This document shows positions 24,071 through 38,723 of a stretch of DNA of 64,000 nucleotides, piece after piece; position 1 is the stretch's first letter, and every line of letters starts with the position of its first letter. The notes under the pieces were generated by a model. It ran no database searches, was not told where the DNA came from, and worked only from the letters and a program-made list of their open reading frames with translations. This DNA is from Octopus vulgaris. Lineage: Eukaryota. The stretch is from positions 94,984,001 to 95,048,000 of the forward strand of contig OX597818.1 of the NCBI GenBank assembly GCA_951406725.2, given 5' to 3'. The translations under genes were made by a program, and so were the position numbers.

Positions 24071-25254
24071 CATGTATATGTTTGTATGTATGTATGTGCT
24101 GCTGTGTGGTTAAAAAATTTGCTTCTCAAACACCTAACCACATGGTTTTCAGTTCAGTCACACTTTGGACAAATCTCTTCCACTTCTGGCACTCAAACTG
24201 GAAATAAATCCATCACGATATTTCTTAGACAATTATTATAAAGCCACTTCCCACCCCTATTCAGGCTCTGTAGTTTTGCAAGCTGCAAGACAACCTCATT
24301 AGTTCTAGTGGCATGAGAAAAGTACCCAGTACACACTGTAGGGTGGTTGGAGCATGATGTAGTCCTTAGACCAATCAGATCCTGCCAACATTGAACATGT
24401 TAAACGATGATGATGATAATGATGCTGAATCATTCAAGAAGTTGCTTGCTATAAAGTGTGTTCTTTATGTGCTTTATGTTCTTCAGTTTTGGTTAACCAT
24501 ACATATACATATACCATTAGATGTACATCTTGCCCTTGGAATCCCACTAAATGCACATTGTTAGGTATTCAGAAACCAATATTGTATTAATATACATCTG
24601 TATATTATTTTAATGTTGCTGCTGATATAAATCTTTTCTCACACTCTATGGTTTAAGTGACAGTGAAAAATCTGCATTTACTTAATACAAAAAAGCTGGA
24701 GTAAACTTTGATCATCCACGCACGCATGCTCACACATCATGATGTGTATCTTTCATTATCTATTCTACAATTCTGTCCTACATATGTCATATAATAAAGT
24801 AAGATGAAATGATCTCAATCAAGACTGACCTGGGGCTAAACAACAGCAACTGTTTTGCTGGATTCTGGGTACATCCTGTGCTGCAATTTCTCATTATTCT
24901 CTAAAATAATCTTCAAAGGATTGGTCTAGTATACCATCATATTCCCCTTAACTAATAAATCTAAATCTACTAATTAACTATTTACTGATTTAATTAAATA
25001 ATTCACTTTTCTGTATTTAATTAATATGGCAATTTAATTGTTAAAATATAAAAAAAATAGAAGGAAAAACTAGGGAAAGAGATGACTGTTTACTGTGACT
25101 TATTTCCTACTGACATATCTTTTTATGTAAGCATTATCCAGGCCAGGTTCCCAGTCTATGAAAAATTTCAGCACCTCCTCTCAGTAACATGAAGACTCTG
25201 AAAAGAGTCATTAACTAATCATTCAGAAATGATATGGGTGTGTATTTAAGCACT

Positions 25255-25480
25255 TCCCTCCCTATGGCACATAGGCTATCAACAACTTTACTCCCGTTTT
25301 TGTCCCTGACTGTGTTTTCTGCTCCTTTCTGGCTGTATCCCTCCCTTTCCAGTTCTGTCTCATTATCTCACCTCCAGTTATATTTAGGGTGTCTTCTCTT
25401 TCACTTCTCTTGTGGGTTCCAAGTTAGGTCCTGATATGTGCATTTCCCTGAGAGAATGCTTTCCACTCTCAGCCCTAGTT
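25255..25480 (-). pseudogene. RTE-clade LINE C-terminal remnant
   Basis: Translation LTWNPQEK*KRRHPKYNWR*DNETELEREGY resembles the RTE terminus LTWNPQGKRKRGRPK.TWRR..E. Confidence 0.6.
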
Positions 25481-25779
25481 GGTTTTGAATTGTTACTGAT
25501 ACTCCTGTAACTTTGCTTTTTCTAGTTAGGGATATTGGCCCAGTACAAACCCATTTTTACCTCAAGGAAGAAACAGTCTGTATTAGCCTAGCCTCTTTCC
25601 TTTGGTCTGTCCAGCATGGGAAGTTCAATGAGGAGCTTGCACTTTGCTGTGATGGTTCTCAGTGACGTTGAGCACACCAGCTGCCACCACACTATAAGGA
25701 TTGGACTTTGTGATGATGGTGGGGTGGGATTGGTTTATGGGTTGAAAAATGCAGCTAAGTTTTAAAACACCGTTTAGTT

Positions 25780-27030
25780 TTTAAAATTCCTTTACAAATC
25801 TATCAACATATCATACCGGTTTCAACAAGTTATTTTTGTTTTAAGTAAAAAGCAAAGTAAAAGTTTGAAAGAAGGCGAATGTACAGGAGAACATGTTAAA
25901 AAAAATCAAATTTAACTACTTTAAACAGGAAATTCATATCAAAAGACTAAGGACAGTCTTAGGTAAGTTTCTATCAAAAGGATTGAGTAGTCAGAATATA
26001 GTTGTTGCATTATATTCATTGGTTTATGGCTGTGATGACAAACTTATGACATGGATGTCAGCAATGATACTGTTGTTTTTTAAGGGACACAAAATAAACT
26101 TTGAAAAAGCTCATTTAGGTAATTTTTAAAGTTAATTATATTAACTAAAATTCAATTTGTCGGTGATATCTAATGACACAGTACTTTGTTACAAACTATA
26201 AATTAAAAGTTACTTACAAATTAACAAACTAGCAACTTATTAGATGCTGATGCAGGCTAGTACAATACAACAAATACATGATTTTAGTTTTTGTTACTTT
26301 CAGTTCTTTTATTCTTATTATATACGTGTGTGTGTGTGTGTGCGCGCACATGCATGTGTGCAATGTATGAATGGTGGTGTTGTCAATTTTCTTATCAACC
26401 AATCATCTGCTCACTTCATACCTTCAAAGCTACATGGAATCAGAGATCCCTTACTTGAACAATAGACTAAGGATTAGTGATGAGAAAGGCATCACTATAT
26501 TACAATAATACAAGGCTTCATTAATGTTTACCTCACCCATACAAGCATGGAAAAATGGATGTAAGACGAATCAGGAAGTAATGGGTGCCAAAGTAGGCCT
26601 TTAATGATTTCAATAATGAAAGTTATGACAAAGATAGCCAATTTGATAGTTGAATTTAATTTACTTTTACACGAAGTTGAATCAATTTACAATGGTTTAC
26701 TAGTATAAGTTGAGCCTTGGCCAATTATTTATTGAATTTTTAAGTGAAATCAGACTATTTTTACATATGAAAAGTGTGGAACACAATTTTCCTTAGCCTA
26801 ATGATTTTGCATTGAATCTGAATGAACAGAAAGGTATTTTGGAAATCTAGTGACATGGTGTCTTTTATTTGATCAATGATTTTGAGAGTAAACTCAGGAT
26901 GTTTCAACAAGGTTTAGAAAGTAAAAAATTTTATGTAACTTCCCAAAGCAAAGAAATATTTTGAACAAAAGCATTCAGGATTGTTCAGTCCTGGACAACA
27001 TACAGAACAGTTTATACAAGTTCTACGAGA
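25780..27030 (+). pseudogene. Highly decayed hAT (Charlie/SPIN/GTF2IRD2-type) transposase remnant, interrupted
   Basis: Segments VMTKIANLI..LLHEVESIYNGLL and LNL..Q.G..FESKLRMFQQGL..F..FP at 26575-27000. Confidence 0.5.
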
Positions 27031-28023
27031 TATGATAAAGTAGGTTCTTTTTTTCATTTTTGTTTGTTTTTCTTTCTTGATTTGTGTAATTCAGAGAGTT
27101 GCAGAAAACAATCTACTATAATAATATTCTTGTGTTTTTCTCCATCACAACATATGAATGAGAAAGGAAGGGGTGATAGATGAATAAGGAAGGAAGGGGT
27201 GATGGCAAACTTGTAGTGGGATGATGGAAATTCTACGGCGAAAAAATCAAACAAGATTTCAACTCTGTGTGAGTATATGTGTATGTATGTAAAAGGGAGG
27301 TATGTGAATGTTTGTGTGTGGGTGTGCAATGGAAGTGGGATGGTGAACATTCAACACTGAAACGAAAAATCAAACAGCATTTCAACTCTGTGTATTTGGT
27401 ATTTATTTGCCAGCTCCCATATTTAGTGAAGGCTAACTTTATGTGGCCTTAAGTCACACAAGAAAGAAGGAAAACTTTAAAATTCTTATGAAGGAAACAA
27501 ATAGTCATGAGATGTTAGTTGCAGATAGATTTTTCACAAAAAATTTGCTAATAAAAGAATTATTAAACTAAAAACTTGGTTTTGTACCTTATTTATGTAT
27601 AAAATGCTACAATTAACCGTCATTTTTGACAGCACAGGGCCAGCTAGTGCAATTTATAAAATATCCTGATAAAGTGAATTTCATCATCATCATCATCATC
27701 ATCGTCATCATCATCCTCATCATAATCACCCCCACCACCACCACCATCCTCATCCTCATTTTAGCATCCACTTATCCATCCTTGCATGGGTAGATGGAAT
27801 TTATTGAAGCAGATTTTCAACAGTTGGATGTCCTTCCTACCACCAACCTTTACCTGTTTCCAAGTCAGATAGTATTTCCTTGATAGGCAGATATGTTTCC
27901 ATGGAAAATTGGAAATGAATGACACCACATGACATCATGATATTTGTTTACAACCATCACACAATGTCAAGACAAACACACACACACACAAAATAAATGC
28001 CTTGTGTATGTGTGATTGATACT

Positions 28024-28072
<49 letters not shown>

Positions 28073-29203
28073 TGGGCTTTTTCAAGTTTCCATCTACCAA
28101 ATTCATTTACTGGCTTTGGTCATCCCAGGGCTATTGTAGAAGATACTTGCCCAAGATGCCATATAGTGAAAATGAACCTGAAACCATGTAGCTGGGAAGC
28201 AAGCATTTTAATTATACACCCAATTTCATTGGCTGTATTATAATTATACACCAATGAAATTGGCTTAAGAAATTGAGGAATGTCGTTAATCAACTTCCAG
28301 TCTAGTGTTACTAGGAAGCAAAAATTTTTTACACCAGGATCTGATACAAAAGTAATTGAATATGAATGTGTAAATATGAATAAAACATTCACTAGCTGAA
28401 GCCACTTTGTAGTTACTTGATCTGTTGAAATAGCAGTTAAATTTTCTTCAAATCACAAACAGAACACATTTGGTAATGGTAAGAATGTAATGTAGCCTGG
28501 CGAAAAAAGTGGGATGGTCATAGCTAGATTACCTATGATTGTGAGTCTGATCAGTCAGAACTGATTGGAGCTAAACAACTAAAATAATGAACTAACCATT
28601 GACAGCACAAGCTTCAAAAAGATGGTCTATCAACTGGTCACTTATGATCAGGTAGACAACAGAATCTGACTGACTTGTATTGACCAGATAAGGAGACAGA
28701 CTGGTTATTGTGAACAAGAGGGCTCACCTAAGTATAAATTACTGTTCAGTTACATTGCCTTGAGAATGAGACACAGACCAGGAAATAAAATATAGATTAG
28801 ATGGAGGTATGAGAGTATAAAGATCCCTATTTCCAAACAGCATATGATGTCTGTTTTGATGGGAGGAAGAAGTGAGAGAACTGAGGTGTTTGTATGGAGT
28901 CCTTGACCAGTTCTGATAGGATTAAAACAACTAGGATTACTGTTTGGCTAGATTCAGAACAGAGTCCATTTTTAGCAAAGTGACGAGACTTATGTTACAC
29001 ACACACACAAATAGGCTCTTTTTAGTTTGTTTGCCAAATCCTTTCACAAACTTTTGGTCGACCTGAGATTATAGTAGAAGACACTTGCCCAAGATGCTAC
29101 ACAGTAGGATTGAACCTGGAACCATGTGGTTGGGAAGCAAACTTCTTAACCATACAGCATTATGCATATATGTATGTATATATCACGCACACACACATAT
29201 TTT

Positions 29204-29248
<45 letters not shown>

Positions 29249-29253
29249 ATGTG

Positions 29254-29310
<57 letters not shown>

Positions 29311-29562
29311 TGCTCGCTTAGCCAGCGGGGTGGCATCATTCGAAGGCTAAAACAATGCAAACGCATTGTGACCAGTGATGTGTAACCACATCTGATGGAC
29401 TGGTCGGAAAAATTTAAAAATATATATATATATATATATATATAATTTTAAAATATATATATATATAACCCCTATCTCAATTTGTAACTATAGTTAACTT
29501 TCTGAGGAATATGAATTGCTAATGAGTGTATATATATATATATACGTGTATATCTATATGTG

Positions 29563-29616
<54 letters not shown>

Positions 29617-30139
29617 CATGCATGAATTAAAGGTAATGCTAATGCTACTTTGTCATAATCCTTATTATTATCATTATACATATATATATGTATGTGTTGG
29701 TGTATGTATGTATGTATGTATGTATGTATATAAAACATACATAGTTAGAAACTCTTGGGAGAGCTGAACAACAGAAGGTCTTCAGAGAAGATTCCACCAT
29801 CAGGCAAACGTTTCAGCCCTTAACTTCTTACACTTTAAGCCGGGTTACTTCCAAGCCATGACCCCTCGATGCCCTTCTGCTGACACTTTTTAACCACTTG
29901 AACATTGAGACCTGTGTGCATTCAAACTGTACGAAGATTTGACAAGATTTAGCTGATGTAATGATAGTGCAGGCTGGTATGTGGAATGTTTTTTGGGGAT
30001 TTTTTTTGTGTGTGTGAATGTGTGTATGGCATTTACTTCTGATCAAAGGGATCTGTGAGGAAAAGACATTCCATCTAATGCCTCACACATCATATTTTAC
30101 CAAGCACAAATGTATATTTGTGTTTGTGTGTGTATTAAT

Positions 30140-30183
<44 letters not shown>

Positions 30184-30242
30184 TATATATATACAGATAT
30201 ATATATTTATACATATATATACATACATATATATATATACGC

Positions 30243-30324
<82 letters not shown>

Positions 30325-30341
30325 CACATATATACATACAG

Positions 30342-30372
<31 letters not shown>

Positions 30373-30893
30373 TACATACAGATATATATATATTTATACA
30401 TATACATACACACAAACATATATATATATATATATAATGATATTTCACTTAGCATAGCAATACTCATAACCTGGTCTAAGGTGGCAAGTTGGCAGAATTG
30501 TTAGCATGCTTGCTAGGCAAAATGCTTAGCAGCATTTCATCCATCTTTATGTTCTGAGTTCAAATTCCGCCAAGGTCGACTTCACCTTTCATCCTTTCAG
30601 GAGCACTGGGGTTGATATAATCAATTTACCCCACTCTCCAAGAGCTTGCTGTTCTTGTATCAAAAATTTAAAACTAACACTCTAACTTGATGTTAGAACT
30701 CAATACACGTATGCTTTAGACAAAAAAGTCGGTTGAGTAGAGAGTGTAATAAGAGATTATATAGATGACAAAGGTACAAGAAATTATGTCATGAGGTTCA
30801 TTGTATAATTTTCTTGTTCCTTTGTCATTTACATAATCTTTCATATAAGCATATGATGGCAAAAGAAAATGGAATATATGGAAAACTTTATTG

Positions 30894-30937
<44 letters not shown>

Positions 30938-31006
30938 TACATGTGTATCTATGTATATATATGTGTATGTATGTATGTGTATGTATGTGTATGTATGTAT
31001 GTATGT

Positions 31007-31063
<57 letters not shown>

Positions 31064-31084
31064 GCCATAGTGCCCAAATTCTGA

Positions 31085-31174
31085 CTTGAAAGACTTCACC
31101 AGGTGGTGCTATTAAGTTAGACATGGCCTGGGCCAATAATGGCCGAAACCTATCAAAGTATCAAAGTATCAAAG

Positions 31175-31180
<6 letters not shown>
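31085..31180 (+). mobile_element. CR1 3' end fragment with (TATCAAAG)n tail
   Basis: ccaggtggtgctattaagttagacatggcctg matches the reverse complement of 38745-38783. Confidence 0.6.
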
Positions 31181-31217
<37 letters not shown>

Positions 31218-31471
31218 GGTCTTTTATTCCTGTTTCAGTCATTTGTTTGTAGCCATGCTGGAGCACTGCTCTAAAGGGTTTTAGTCAAAGAAATTGACCC
31301 TAAGTCTTATTCTTTATATGCCTTGTACTTATTCTATTGGTCTCTTTTGCCAAACCACTAAATTACAGGGACATAAACACACCAGCATTGATTGTCAAGC
31401 AATGGCTGGTAGGGGGAACAAACACAGACATGCACACATAACTACACACACAAACACACATACACACACAC

Positions 31472-31536
<65 letters not shown>

Positions 31537-31685
31537 CATACACACACACACAATGAGCTTTTTTCAGTTTCTGTCTATCAAATCCACTTACAAGGCTATA
31601 GTAGAAGACACTTGGCCCAAGCTGTCATGCAGTAGGACTGAACCCAGAACCATGTGATTGAGAAGCAAGCTTCTTACCACACGCT

Positions 31686-31802
<117 letters not shown>

Positions 31803-31885
31803 GTCCCGGGTTGCTTCGGGGTTAACCACAGTAAATAAGGTACTCAATACATAGCAGAGTAAAATTAATTTATTATATAGAAGGA

Positions 31886-31935
31886 GCTTCTACAGGACTA
31901 GAACTGTTTCATTCAAGAGAAATCTTCAGGAAGCT
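31886..31935 (-). ncRNA. Type I hammerhead ribozyme in PLE pLTR (predicted cleavage after GUA, between 31892 and 31891)
   Basis: Minus strand: agcttc CUGAAGA u-uuc-ucuu-gaa-u GAA acag-uucuaguc-cugu A gaagcu. Perfect 6-bp stem I, 4-bp stem III, and U.U instead of G-C at 10.1/11.1. Confidence 0.7.
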
Positions 31936-32536
31936 AGTTAACAAGAATTGTATTGGCATTTATACATTTAGGCAGGTTTAAAGGGGTGTTGGTGGGGGAC
32001 TTTTTGGGGGTAGGCATAGCGCAAAATATCATACTTGGGGGAGTGGTCAAGGAGTCAGTGTTAAATTAGATAGAAGAATAAATAAAAAAATAAAAAAATA
32101 ATATTAAAAAAATCTATATATAAAAAAAGGGGAATAGAGTTTTAGGTAAATAAGGAGATTCTCACTTATACCTATGCACACATGTATACATACATACACA
32201 CACATACAAATATATATACATATACATACGCACATACATACACACACATATATATACATATATATACACTTACACATACATATACATATCTACACATACA
32301 CATATATGTATACATACACACACTCACATGCATACACGTATACACACATGTATATATACACACACGACCACACATACATATACGCACAGAAAAATATATA
32401 TACACATACACACACATACTCACATACACGCATACACACACATATCCACACACACACATGCACACACAGCACACTAGTCCCTATATACACATATATACAC
32501 ATACGCACACATATATACACACACACACATACATAT

Positions 32537-32594
<58 letters not shown>

Positions 32595-33001
32595 GTGTAC
32601 CTATGCATACCTACATATACACACATATATATACACATACAAATACAGACCCATTCCCTAATTTTAATTTTATTATCTTCGTTTATTACTTTTGTTATCT
32701 TTGGACGCTTGGTCACAAACATCTTGGCTATGACAGCCAGTCCATTTATCTGTCTACTGGAAAACAAGCACTCATTCACTCACGCACACTCTTTAGCACG
32801 TACACTCACTCATTCGTACACTCATACACATACACGCACGCACGCGTTATATTCATACATACATACATCTACATACATTCACGTATATACACATACGTAC
32901 GCGTACCTACAGATTCATGTCTACACTCTTAGAAGGCTAGTCTATATATATACACCAATAAATATAAATACACACACATACATATACACCTACATACAAA
33001 T

Positions 33002-33042
<41 letters not shown>

Positions 33043-33249
33043 CATATATATACACACATATATATATATATATACATATACACACACATACGCATACACA
33101 CACATATACATATATATACACACATACACATACATACATATACACACATACACATACATACGTATACATACATACATACATCCATACATCCATACATACA
33201 TACATTTATACACATACACACACCCACATACATACATATATATACGCGC

Positions 33250-33305
<56 letters not shown>

Positions 33306-33687
33306 TCATACACACACATACATATACATACATATACAAATATACGCACACACATACATACATACTCATATACTCATACACGCACATACACATGTACATG
33401 CGTACCCATACACACACACACACACGCGCGCATCCATATATACACATAAGTACACCCATGCGTAAAAGTATACATATATCTATGCTTACACATACACACA
33501 CACACACGCGCCTCCTTATATTCATACTTACATGCATACTCAAAAAATAAGTAAATAGTAAAATATATATACGCGCAGTTATTCATACATGCATACTCAA
33601 AAAATAAATAATAAATATTAAGTATATGTACGTGCATTTACCTATTATATAGACGGATACATACATATAAACTTACACACATAGATA

Positions 33688-35437
33688 TCATCATCATCAT
33701 CATCATCATTTAGCGTCCGTTTTCCATGCTAGCATGGGTTGGACGGTTCTGCTGGGGTCTGTGAAGCCAGAAGGCTTCATCAGGCCCAGTCAAATCTGGC
33801 AGTGTTTCTACGGCTGGATGCCCTTCCTAACGCCAACCACTCCGTGAGTGTAGTGGGTGCTTTTTACGTGCCACCCGCACTGGTGCCAGCCAGAGCTGGC
33901 AAACGGCCACGAACGGATGGTGTTTTTTATGTGCCACCGGCACGAGGGCCAGGCGAGGCTGGCAACGAACACGAAATGGGGCGGTGCTGGCAACGGTCGC
34001 GAAACGGAAGGTTCTCTTACATGCCACCGGCACTGGTAACACATCTGCAATTTCCATTGATCGATTTCCATTGATCGATTTCGATTCTGATCCTCACTTG
34101 CCTCAATGGGTCTTCACAAGCAGAGTTTCGACATGCCACCGGCACTGGTAGCACATCCGCAATTTCCATTGATCGATTTCGATTCTGATCCTCACTTGCC
34201 TCAACACGTCTTCACAAGTAGAGTTTTGTGTCCCAAGAAGGGAAGGTATGCATACGTAGGCTGGCTCCATCCCATGTAGAAGGCCACGGGTTGTGGACTC
34301 ACTTGTCCTGCCGGGTCTTCTCGCGCACAGCACACTTCCAGAGGTCTCGGTCTCTAGTCATTTCCTCGGTGAGACCTAAAGTTCGAAGGTCGTGCTTCAC
34401 CACCTCGTCCCAGGTTTTCCTGGGTCTGCCTCTTCCACAGGTTCCCTCAACCGCTAGGGTGTGGCACTTTTTCACACAACTATCTTCATCCATTCTCGCC
34501 ACATGACCATACCAGCGCAAACGTCTCTCTTGCACACCACAACTGATGCTTCTTAGGTCCAGCTTTTCTCTCAAGGTACTTACACTCTGCCGAGTGTGAG
34601 TACTGGCATTACACATCCATCGGAGCATACTGGCTTCATTTCTAGCGAGCTTACGCATATCCTCAGCAGTCACGGCCCATGTTTCACTGCCATGTAGCAT
34701 GGCTGTTCGTACACACGCATCATACAGTCTGCCTTTCACTCTGTGCGAGAGGCCTTTTGTCACCAGCAGAGGTAAGAGCTCTCTGAACTTTGCCCAAGCT
34801 ATTCTTACTCTAGCAGTTACACTTTCAGCACACCCGCCCCCGCTGCTGACTTGGTCACCTAGGTAACGGAAACTATCAACTATTTCTAGTTTTTCTCCCT
34901 GGAAAGTGACAGAAGTTGGTCTCAGAGCATTTTCAGTGTTTATTGTTCCTGAGCATCTGCCACATACAAAAACCATCTTCCTAGTTAGCCTTCCTTTGAC
35001 ATTGCTGCATCTCTTATGTGTCCATAGCTTACACTTGGTGCATCTTATAGAGTTTCTACCTACACCTTTTCTACAGATCGAGCAGGGCCATCTACCTGAA
35101 GGTGTTTGTGATTTGTCTACCTTCCTACTGATTACGACTTTGGTTTTAGCTAGATTGACTCTGAGGCCCTTCGATTCTAATCCTTGTTTCCACACCTGAA
35201 ACTTCTCCTCCAGTTCTGATAGCGACTCAGCAATTAGAGCAAGGTCATCAGCATAGAGGAGCTCCCAAGGGCATCCTGTCTTGAATTCCTCCGTTATTGA
35301 CTGGAGGACTATGATAAATAGGAGGGGGCTGAGTACTGAGCCTTGGTGGACCCCTACCTCTACCCGGAATTCTTCACTGTACTCATTTCCAACCCTCACC
35401 CTACTAGCGGCGTCCCTATACATGGCCCGCACAGCTC

Positions 35438-35441
<4 letters not shown>
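33688..35441 (-). mobile_element. 5'-truncated RTE-clade LINE with 3' UTR and (GAT)n tail
   Basis: Uninterrupted RT C-terminal frame, 3' UTR at 34298-33709, tail at 33688-33708; 5' end fused to (TA)n. Confidence 0.92.
34299..35441 (-). CDS. RTE reverse transcriptase, C-terminal 380 aa (partial)
   Basis: [25 protein letters not shown] and RGRPRKTW motifs with no stops. The ORF-track N-terminus (35442-35624) is microsatellite. Confidence 0.9.
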
Positions 35442-35489
<48 letters not shown>

Positions 35490-35558
35490 CATATATACAC
35501 ATATATATACACACACACACATACATACATATATATATATATATACACACACACACAT

Positions 35559-35595
<37 letters not shown>

Positions 35596-35774
35596 CTTAC
35601 ACACATGTACATATAAATACACACATAGATAACTCTACGTACCTACATATACATAAACACACGAGCGTACGCGTATATGTACATATACACATACACACGC
35701 ATATATATACATACATACATACACATACACACATGTATACACACACACACACATACACATATATATACATACAC

Positions 35775-35823
<49 letters not shown>

Positions 35824-36090
35824 CATATACACATACACACACATATATACATGTGTGCAAACATACATACATTCTCATACAAGCACACACACTTACATTT
35901 ACATATATACACACACTTACACACATATATACATACACATATACATACATACATACATACGTATATGCATACATACACACACACACATATATATATATAT
36001 ATACATACATACATACACATACACATACCCATACATATATATACACACATATATATACACATGCACATACTAATATCTCTACATACTCGC

Positions 36091-36133
<43 letters not shown>

Positions 36134-36361
36134 CACACACAGACATATAAATATATAAATGTATATATACACAGACATATATATACACATCTACAATTTG
36201 TATCTACACTCACATACCTGCACATACACATAACTCTACATACCTACATATACATCGACATACTCGCGTACACTCATATATATACACATATATACATATA
36301 CACATACATATACATATACATAAATATATACACATACAATACACATATACACACACATACA

Positions 36362-36459
<98 letters not shown>

Positions 36460-36857
36460 CATACATACATACACATATACATACATGTACATATACACAT
36501 ACACACACATATATATACACACACATACAATATCAACAATTGAGGGTAAAGTTAATTAGTTATTAATCAATTTCACCAAGTATTCAGTATGTAAAAGGAC
36601 CATTATTTTTATGAGTAAACAATGTCTGAGGGAAAATATTCTCTAAGTAGTGGAAGAGGCTAAAAAACTTTTTTGGCTGCTATTTCTAGAAAGTTCAGTA
36701 AGTGGCAAAGTAATTTATTTTACTAAGCCCTAATTATATAATATATTATACATACATACACATACATACACACATACATATACACATACATATGCATACA
36801 CACATATATACATATATACATACATACATCTATACATATATACACACACACACACGC

Positions 36858-36896
<39 letters not shown>

Positions 36897-37082
36897 CATA
36901 CATACACGCACACACACACATAATACATGCGTATATTCCTACTATACCCATACATTTCTATACATATATACGATACACATATACAAGCGTGCACATACAA
37001 TATGTGAAAGGTCTTAGGAGAAAAGGTAATCGGGGGTGCTAGGGGAACGGTGGGATTGGGGGGTTTTGTGGGTGGGGTGTCA

Positions 37083-38144
37083 TCAATCTGGTTGCCGGGT
37101 AGGTCTATAGTTCTTGTAGTTCGCATACTTCTTATGCATACAATTTGGGGAGTGTTCTGAGATTTTGTTAAGGAGAGGGCCTTTGGCGAACAAGATCTCT
37201 AGGCTCTCCGATATGCAGAGGTCACAGCAGGTATGGCCTCCTGTGTACGAGCGCGCCTTCTGTAGTAGTTTCCACTTGGTCTTGAAGGGGATGGAGTTCC
37301 TTTTAAGGTACCAGATGTGGGCGGCGAGGGTAGTTTGGTTGGATTTATCCTGTCGCCGGAACGAGTGTGTGTGTGCGTACCAACGGGTCTTAAAGCTGTT
37401 TGACGTCATTCCTATGTAGGATTTTCTTTTATCGTCAGGGCCTGATCTTACCTCGCATGTATATACTAGGTCCCTCTGTAGGCAGTTGTTGTTGAGGGGG
37501 CAGGTGGTTTTATCAGGGCAGTTGCAATTGCTATCGGACGTTGGATGGGCCTCGGAAAAAGTAGATATGTTAAGTTTTTTCACATTGTTGTTGGCTAGGT
37601 TCCTGGCTAGATTAGGCGTGGTAGAGTAGGAGAGTCTAATAGTGTTCTTATTTAGGATAGTGTAGTACTTATGTTGGGTGGGGAAGTGTTTCTGTAGGAG
37701 AGTGAAGAAGATTTTAGCTACAGGTGTAGCGACCTCACGGTTGAAGGGGGTGTTGTACCAGCTAATGTGTCTTCGTCTATTTTTCCTGGGTTGGCGTGGG
37801 GCTATACTAGTATAGGTAATCTTATCTTTGAAGCCACTGCGGGCCAGGGCCTCGTTGTAATAGGGGGCTGCGGCCTTAAAGATATCTTCCGTGGCGGACA
37901 GGCTAGAAATTCTAATTGAGACACTTTTTACTAGGTTATCTAATATATTTTTGGGGTGGTTGGAATTAATATCTATATATTTAAGGGATTCATTTGGTTT
38001 GTGGTACGGGTAATAGAGTGAGGTTTTTAAGTCGAGGGTGACATCAAGGAAGTTAGCTTTAGTTAAGTTGGATTCTAAGGTAATCCTAAGGCCTAAGTTT
38101 TTAAAGAAGGTGTAAAGATTTTTCCGGAACCCATCCGTGGTCCT
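37083..38144 (-). CDS. Penelope-like RT thumb plus GIY-YIG endonuclease (partial, ~353 aa open frame)
   Basis: Manual extension of the 37083-37583 ORF: ..ANFLDVTLDL..YHKP..SNHP..WYNTPFN.. then CNC..CPL..C..LVYTCEV..SYIGMT..FKTRWYAH..CDLCISE..LLN. Confidence 0.9.
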   Translation of the reverse strand, partial: RTTDGFRKNLYTFFKNLGLRITLESNLTKANFLDVTLDLKTSLYYPYHKPNESLKYIDINSNHPKNILDNLVKSVSIRISSLSATEDIFKAAAPYYNEALARSGFKDKITYTSIAPRQPRKNRRRHISWYNTPFNREVATPVAKIFFTLLQKHFPTQHKYYTILNKNTIRLSYSTTPNLARNLANNNVKKLNISTFSEAHPTSDSNCNCPDKTTCPLNNNCLQRDLVYTCEVRSGPDDKRKSYIGMTSNSFKTRWYAHTHSFRRQDKSNQTTLAAHIWYLKRNSIPFKTKWKLLQKARSYTGGHTCCDLCISESLEILFAKGPLLNKISEHSPNCMHKKYANYKNYRPTRQPD

Positions 38145-38690
38145 GAATAAACGAAGATAATAAAATTAAAATTAGGGAATGGGTCTGTATTTGTATGTGT
38201 ATATATATGTGTGTATGTGTATATATATTTTTCTGTGCGTGTATGTATGTGTGGTCGTGTGTGTATATATACATGTGTGTATACGTGTATGCATGTGAGT
38301 GTGTGTATGTGTAGATATGTATATGTATGTGTAAGTGTATATATATGTATATATATGTGTGTGTATGTATGTGTGTATGTATATGTATATATATTTGTAT
38401 GTGTGTGTATGTATGTATACATGTGTGCATAGGTATAAGTGAGAATCTCCTTATTTACCTAAAACTCTATTCCCCTTTTTTTATATTATTTTTTAATTTT
38501 TTTATTTATTCTTCTATCTAATTTAACACTGACTCCTTGACCACTCCCCCAAGTATGATATTTTGCGCTATGCCTACCCCCAAAAAGTCCCCCACCAACA
38601 CCCCTTTAAACCTGCCTAAATGTATAAATGCCAATACAATTCTTGTTAACTAGCTTCCTGAAGATTTCTCTTGAATGAAACAGTTCTAGT

Positions 38691-38721
<31 letters not shown>

Positions 38722-38723
<2 letters not shown>

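Noticed and set aside
28220-28263. Small hairpins (ccaatttcattgg/ccaatgaaattgg; also 20689-20724 and 53186-53206)
   Set aside because: Short local template-switch palindromes with no further supporting context.
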